Below are positions 23,246 through 29,292 of a stretch of 29,292 nucleotides of DNA, in pieces. Position 1 is the first letter of the stretch. Every line of letters begins with the position of its first letter. A model generated the notes under the pieces. That model did not search any database. It saw only the letters and a list, made by a program, of their open reading frames with translations, and was not told the DNA's origin. The translations under genes were made by a program, and so were the position numbers. This stretch comes from Vicugna vicugna. Its lineage: Eukaryota. Location of the stretch: positions 727,023 to 756,314 of the forward strand of contig MU058451.1 of the NCBI GenBank assembly GCA_013265495.1, in the 5' to 3' direction.

Positions 23246-23891
23246 ACGATCTGTAAGATGTTCTCTTAGAACAAACTACTGCATTGTAAGTAGGGGTAAA
23301 AGACCTTACACATTAAAGATTCACTGTTTAGTGCAATTATCTCATTAAATGGTAGAAAATACCGATAGTGTTTTCTCCGATATAGCAAATGTAACTCAGA
23401 GGAGGAACAACCACATAACTCAGTTATTAATCTTATTCTCCAATTTGGCAAATCTTTAAGCTGTGATTGAGTCCCTTGACTCATCCTTGTATCTAACCTT
23501 GTGTAATAGCTATAATGACAACTCTTTGTTTCTGAACAAGAACAATGGGCTCTAATTGAGGGCTGTTTCTTTAAGAAGCAAGACCACATGGGAGGTACCA
23601 TAAATATGGAGAAATATGAACCCAAGTTTGGTTTCTTGCTATGTCTATCTATTAGGATAATTGCTTTGTTCTTGGTTTTATCTATATACAAACAAATGGA
23701 AAAACTTTATAAGAATTGTATATGAGTATTGTCTGTTGTGCAAACACATCATTAACAAAGTTGTGGGAAAGAAGATTGGGTAAGAATAGAAAGTGATTCA
23801 TAGTTGGCTTGGAAAAGCTAGAGGTCTAGCACAGAACCAAATACTGCCCTATCTGGTTATTTAGCTGTCATGTGTGTGATCTTTACTGTCT

Positions 23892-23978
23892 AATTAAATT
23901 ATACCCTCCTGAAGGCAAAGGCCATCACTTATTCTCTGTTTGTACTCTCTGTAGTGCCCTAGTGCAGGGGCAGGCAGA
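23892..23978 (+). mobile_element. L2 3' fragment
   Basis: 'aaattataccctcctgaaggcaaaggccatcacttattctctgtttgtactctctgtagtgccctagtgcagggg'. Confidence 0.65.
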
Positions 23979-24124
23979 GAAGACAGCCATAAAATTGTTT
24001 CTCCATTAAAATGCAACCTTACAACTAACTTGGATCTCAATTCCTGCAAAGGCATATGTTCTAAAACCACCTCCTCTGCATCCATTTTATTTGACCTCCA
24101 AAGTGACTGTGTGCAAGAAACAAA

Positions 24125-24398
24125 GTTATTCTCTTAACCTGCAAGACCCAGACCAAGTGTCAACTTTTCTAGGAAGCCTTGCCAGGCTCCTCACTGGGGG
24201 CTAGTGCATTCTTTCTGTGTTCAGTATATACTGAATGTGAGTCATTAATCTCATCTTTTAAAAATTGATTTGTCTATTTTCCCTCGGGGCCCATGAACTC
24301 CTTTCAAAGGCAAGGATCACATTTTTCTCTGCACCCACAGCGCATCCCCCAAGTCCCCACTGTGTGATAGGTGCTCAGTAAGCATGTGTGTGAATGGC
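24125..24398 (+). mobile_element. L2 (L2a-like) 3' end
   Basis: 'caagacccagaccaagtgtcaactttt-ctaggaagcctt...catgaactcctttcaaaggcaaggatcac...ataggtgctcagtaagcatgtgtgtgaatgg'. Confidence 0.8.
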
Positions 24399-24427
24399 TG
24401 GTCCTCGGAGTCGTTTTTTAAATGATG

Positions 24428-24471
24428 ACTCATTTGCATGTGAAAATATACTCATTTGCATATGGAAACAT
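24428..24471 (+). repeat. 22-bp tandem duplication, each unit containing an octamer ATTTGCAT
   Basis: ACTCATTTGCATGTGAAAATAT / ACTCATTTGCATATGGAAACAT, 19/22 identical. Confidence 0.9.
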
Positions 24472-25764
24472 TTATCTTTAAGTGGCCAAACCAGCTGTAT
24501 CCTAATTAGGAATCGCTAAAAGTTATTAGCTTTGATAAAATGTGAGACAGGTCTTAAAGTGGGAAACATAGAAATTAAATCCAGGTCTTCAGTACCACCA
24601 CATTACTGGGATATCACATAGTCCCATGACTGCCAGCTTCTTCCCTTCTAGGAGGTAGTGGGAAAAGCTCATGTTCTGTGTGAATGGGAATGACTGAAAA
24701 AAATGAGAAGTCAACCATTCTCTCCGTGACGTGTAAATATGACATTACTTATTTGAGTCTTATCTGCAGCTGCTGTGTAGAAGGACTGTTGCTGTTTGAC
24801 TTCTTTTTATACCTAGCTTGAGTAACAAGACTACTTGAACAAATGCATTTCTTCTCTCCCACCCTCTTGTCCAGCAGGCTGGTCTCTCCGCATCTGTGGT
24901 TTTCCATTGGTTGCGTGCCACACGGCTTAAGGCTGAACCTCCCTGAGTCCTTGAAATGTTGATTTTCTTTTCTTCTTAATTTTTAAGGTAATAGAAATGT
25001 ATCTATTAATAATACAAACATTAAGACATAATATTTTCCATACAGTTATTTACTTATTTATAAAGGTGGCTTCAAATAGGTCCATTGTTTGATTCTGTTA
25101 ACAGTTACGAGATGTTTGATAATGACATTATCCTGGCTCTGTTCTCAGGTATCTGAATGTTACCTTTAAATTGCCAAAATGGTTTCCTGAATTTGTACAC
25201 AGTTCTAGCCCTTGGCCTATAAATCACAATACTGCCATTCCATTTTGGTTCTTGGTGTAAGTAAAATGTGTGTTTCTGTGTCCATATCCTGTGCATTGAG
25301 GGAAGAGATTTTTCTTCTCCATTTATAATGGCTAATAATCATAATTGCTAGTATTTTTCTGAAGTTGGGCAATGGGATACATGATAAAGAGTTGTGCTGG
25401 TGCCGCTTGCTGTAACCAAGTTTATGAGTTATAACTCTTACTCCAAATGAAATACAATTTTATTTGAGGTAGATCTGCAAGTGGGAGAATGACTATTAAT
25501 TCTGCAATTCCAAAATAACTAATGTACTTGGTTTGAAGCCAGGTACACTGTGAGTTCTGGATTTAAGTGCTCTTGTGGGAAATACAGAGAGAGACTTTAA
25601 CATATGGATTCTCAGAAGAAAATGCAACTGTTCCATACAAGAAATATTGAGTTATTCTTAGTACTTTTTAATGTGTGGTTGACTCTGTATTTTTGAGTGG
25701 TGCCATTTTTAACACTTGGCAATGCAAGCCAAAGATCTTCATTTCCTGGGGTAATTTTAATAAC

Positions 25765-25892
25765 TCACCCATTCATACAGCAAGCATTTAGTGAGGATTG
25801 ATGGTATAGCCCTGTACTTGATTTGATGAGAAATACAAGGAAAGCGGAGGCAAGATCTGTCTTCACTGGATTTATAATATTGTTGGAAAATA
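25765..25892 (-). mobile_element. L2 3' end relic
   Basis: 'cattcatacagcaagcatttagtgagg...aaatacaagg...ctgtcttcactggatttataatattgttgg' resembles an antisense L2 terminus. Confidence 0.55.
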
Positions 25893-25946
25893 AAAAAGAT
25901 AAATGTGTATGCATGTATCTATATAGATAGGTACACATAAGTATGT

Positions 25947-25968
25947 ACACACACACACACACACACAC
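25947..25968. repeat. (AC)11 microsatellite
   Basis: Directly visible. Confidence 0.95.
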
Positions 25969-26644
25969 GACAGGTAGAAAGCAAAATGGAACTTCATGAT
26001 AATGTATTAAAAAATTCACATTGACTCCCCTCTCTGCTGTGATCCAGGCAGAGGTTTTGGAACACCTGCCTTTGAGAAGCTCATCATCGGGTAGAGGGAT
26101 GGGTGGGCCAGATGGATGGGGTGATAATCAAGGGATGAGCCAACTGTCTTGTGAGAACACTGTTGACATGGCTGTAAGTTCTGCCCGTGAGAGCGGAGGG
26201 AGGCTTCAGAGAAGAAGGGGAGTTTGAGTATGTTCTTGGAAGAAAGTGTAATCACACTGGGTTTTGTGTACATACGCACTGAGAGAGAGCAGAGAAGAAC
26301 AGAGGTGCCTGTGAGGTCACAAAGCCTCCTTTGACAACCGAGTTACATCTTGCAAGAAGTTTACATAGCACAAGGGTAAATATTTATAATTTATAGTGTT
26401 TGGTATATGCATGTCAAAGAAAGAAAAGTGGGAAGAGAGCTCAGGCAAGAAAACCCTCACAGGCAAAGGTGGAAGAGGGGGAACCAGTTACACGTAAGGA
26501 GAGTGGTCCACTGAAATGGAAGACCTTTCACTAAAAAGAGACCAAATTAGGTGGATTTAGGGATAAACAGTATCTGACTGAGGGCTTGGGTCAAACGAGA
26601 AACGAAAGCTGTTTAAAAAAATACAAAACGTGATGCAGGTGCAG

Positions 26645-26862
26645 GTTATTCCAGTATATTGGTTAAACACAGACTGGCTTCGAATCACGGCTCCATCCAT
26701 TACTGTCTGGCTGTGTGATCTTGGGCAAATTATTTATTGTCTCTGTGCCTTAGTGTCCTCATCTATAAAAAAGAGGAAGTACTAGTTTTTACCTCACAAG
26801 GTTGGCATGAGTATTCAATGAGTCTATATTTTTAAAAGTTTAGAACAAACCCAGCACATTGA
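26645..26862 (+). mobile_element. MIR SINE
   Basis: 'ggcttcgaatcacggctccatcc...gctgtgtgatcttgggcaaattattt...ctctgtgccttagtgtcctcatctataaaa...tacctcacaaggttg...ttagaacaaacccagcacat'. Confidence 0.88.
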
Positions 26863-26999
26863 GATAATATATGTATATATGTAACATATATAAAAGGATG
26901 TACACTAGGTAGTAGAAAACTAGCATGGCTTCTTAAGCAGTGGGTGTTAAAATGGTGTGTCCTGATACACAGGGCATAGGGAGGGAAGTTCTGGAGGCT

Positions 27000-27600
27000 G
27001 GCCGATGAGATGGGGCAGATTCCAGGGATGTTTGGATGAAGACAGTGAGGGCTTGGAGCAGAGTAGAGAAAAACTAAGAGGTTTGAATAGAAGATGTATT
27101 TATTTTTTTGGAAGGGTATGTGTATAAGTTTTTACTGAATTATAGTCAATTTACAATGTTGTGTCAATTTCTGGTGACCAGCATAATGCTTCAGTCATAC
27201 GTGAACATACATATATTTGTCTTCATAGTCTTTTTCACTGTAAGTTACTACAGAATATTGAATATAGTTCCCTGTGCTATAGAGTATGAACTTGTTGTTT
27301 ATCAGATTTTGTGAGAATCGTCTTATATTTGAAAGCGAGAAACACTGCCAGAGTTCAGTAGGTGTTCTGTGCAATTCAGTGGGTTTGTAGATGCAATTCT
27401 TGGTGTATTTGTGGGCGAGGGTGAGCTGTTAGTCTCTTTACTCGCCATCTTGGCACCGCCCCCCAGAAGACATATTTCAAAGAAAGAAAGAACCGTTAGA
27501 ACTTGTGGGATTGGGGTGGGTGTGAGGATGTGAGAAGTTGTAGCCAAAGATGACTCTAATGTTGAGGCTTTGAGAAGCTGGGAAGAGCCGGGGAGGGGGC
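27000..27600 (-). mobile_element. L2 relic interrupted by the L1-derived insertion at 27102-27464
   Basis: Purine-rich flanks. 'agaacttgtgggattggggtgggtgtgaggatgtgagaagttgtagccaaagatgactctaatgtt' resembles antisense L2 (ggacttggtgattgattggatgtgggg...gtcaaggatgactcccaggttt). Confidence 0.6.
27102..27464 (-). mobile_element. Bipartite non-autonomous L1 derivative: L1 5'UTR start (~27304-27464) fused to L1 3'UTR end and A-tail (~27102-27303), 13-bp TSD
   Basis: The minus strand starts GGGGGGCGGTGCCAAGATGGCG (YY1 motif, 27443-27452) and continues CCCACAAATACACCAAGAAT...ACAGAACACCTACTGAACTCTGGCAG, as in recalled cetartiodactyl L1 5' ends. It then reads GATAAACAACAAGTTCATACTCTATAGCACAGGGAACTATATTCAATA...GACACAACATTGTAAATTGACTATA (L1 3' end), AGTAAA and A7. 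TSD: AGAAGATGTATTT (27089-27101) / AGAAGACATATTT (27465-27477). Confidence 0.88.
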
Positions 27601-28403
27601 ATGGACAACAAATGAGAGAGTTATGCATGAATGGACCTCAAAGCTCTGTAAATGAAATCTACAGCACTTAGCCTGAATGTGCTCAAATAATAATAATCAT
27701 TAGCTAGAATTTCATCTTCCTTTGTGCTTTTCTGCAATTCTTTTGCCATCTGTTCTGGGAACAATTCAGGATGTCAGTGCTCTTTGAACAGAAAGCAAAT
27801 TCTAAAAGAAGAGATTTCTGATTTAAAAACATGGACTTTCCAAGCATTTATTAAATTATAAAATAAGACAAAGATAAGGAAAAACTTAACTTTCCAATCC
27901 CTTGGAATTTTACAGAATGAAGTTGAAAACTTATTTCAGTTGGGAATAGAAAAAACACAAACAATGAAGCACAATAAAACAAAACAAAAACTCGGTTAAG
28001 AAATGACCCTGAGGCAAAGTCTTAAATCTTAAAGGTCAACAGGTCGGTATACTTTAAAAACTGTAATTATAGCTCTTAATTCTTCCCCGGGCTTACTGTG
28101 TCATGTTAAGGTTATTCACTCCCATATACCATAGCCCATAATGTCACTGGAGGTATCCTTATGGCTTCTCCAGGTATTAAAGGAGCTTGATATGTTTTTG
28201 TTTCATTAATCTTTTCTCAGAGGCCAGTGATGAGTTCATCTGACTCTTTTCCATCAAGTTGAAAATTCTTTTCAATTAAAAACTCATCTCTACAGATGGT
28301 ATTAGCATTAGGAGAGTCCTGTTCTGTCTAAAATAACAAATATTGAAATACTTCAGGAATTGCTCTATAAATCTTTGGAAGTAGAATCAACTAAAGGGTT
28401 CAG

Positions 28404-28404
<1 letters not shown>

Positions 28405-28448
<44 letters not shown>
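28405..28448. repeat. Perfect (TG)22 microsatellite
   Basis: Directly visible, uninterrupted. Confidence 0.98.
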
Positions 28449-28452
<4 letters not shown>

Positions 28453-29292
28453 GTTCTGCTTTATTTTATTTTAAGTGAGTAAAAGTTGAACTGATGAGAA
28501 TTTGGCCCATATGCTTTATTATTGCTCGAATGGATCAATTTCATCCCAGTGCCTGGACAATTTTGTCGCATGTTAATGTGAAATATTGTGAATATTTTAA
28601 CCAAACTATCAACTATGAAATACTTTATCCAAAACATTATGATTACAAAGGTGATAAGAGAAACAGCTTAAACAAGGAGAGAATGCTCTGTTGAATAGGA
28701 TTAAAAAGACCATTTATTGAATAGTATGGATTTCTTCCAAGCCCCTGTGTGCAGAAAGCATGCAACATGTAAATAATTCATCTAGAAATTCTATCATGAA
28801 TTTGTTTCAGTTTCCACAGTAAAACCTGGACACAGAGGAGGAAAATACATCAACATCTGTGACAAGCTCTATGAAGAGACATTGGCAAAGCCTTTCAGGC
28901 ACCAGGAGCAAAGCAAAATATAATAAATTCACTTCAGTGTCAAATTTGTGTCGGCTGAATAATGACACCACATGTCTGGGCTGCTATGTCACCGTAGGCT
29001 GCTCTGAAAAAACACATGGCTTTATGGAAATGGTTGTCACCCTGGGGAAGAAACCTTGCTGGCTATTGCCCTTCTAACAAAGAAAACACAGGCCATCCAA
29101 TAAATGCAGCTCTGATGATCAGAAATGACTGGTGTTTGGTTTGGTCTGGTTTGAACTAATTGGCCAGCATCTAGAGAGAGCCTGCTGTTTATATTAGGGC
29201 ATGAACAGTTACAGCCTGCTTTGGGTGTGTTCCTTTAAATCTCCAAATGAGGAGGAGCAAGGTTTTCAAACTGATCAATTGGCCTACTCTGC

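Noticed and set aside
24849..24994. Pyrimidine tract + CAGCAG acceptor and downstream AG|GTAATA donor as an exon
   Set aside because: The donor is weak, there is no coding signal or neighbouring exon, and such pseudo-exons are common without transcript evidence.
27323..27628. 101-aa minus-strand ORF containing GGGAKMASK, resembling a strong-Kozak N-terminus
   Set aside because: GCCAAGATGGCG is the YY1 motif at the L1 5' end, and the frame runs across the L2/L1 insertion boundary.
980..29077. All ORFs in the supplied six-frame track as protein-coding genes
   Set aside because: They are short (up to 141 aa), many have non-ATG starts and biased L/F/S/I composition, several overlap repeats or microsatellites, and none shows a recognisable domain or convincing exon structure.
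1..29292. Prokaryotic-type systems (CRISPR array, operon, IS element, defence island)
   Set aside because: There is no repeat-spacer array, no gene-dense organisation and no long ORF, and the sequence is clearly mammalian.

Overview
Non-coding, AT-rich, CpG-depleted eutherian mammalian DNA, either intergenic or a large intron. I can support no protein-coding exon or RNA gene, and the supplied ORFs look like chance or repeat-derived frames. The window contains ancient eutherian repeats (many MIR and L2 relics, a probable MamSINE1, L1M fragments, MLT1G-type MaLR LTR, MER5A1-like and MADE2-like MITEs) and a few microsatellites. Several repeat-free blocks are dense in developmental transcription-factor motifs and look like conserved enhancers (about 1.0-1.5, 3.0-4.5 and 20.9-21.6 kb). 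The most notable object is a 363-bp minus-strand retroelement at 27102-27464, inserted in an old L2. It joins the first ~160 nt of an L1 5'UTR directly to the last ~200 nt of an L1 3'UTR, with an A-tail and a 13-bp target-site duplication. It is a bipartite, non-autonomous L1 derivative, and its junction is compatible with a splice that removed both ORFs. The L1 tail, together with the absence of Alu, B1/B2, Bov-tA/CHR, PRE, Can-SINE and ERE, suggests a cetartiodactyl host, most likely a camelid (inference). Repeat family calls rely on consensus sequences recalled from memory, not on a database search, and boundaries of old repeats are approximate.
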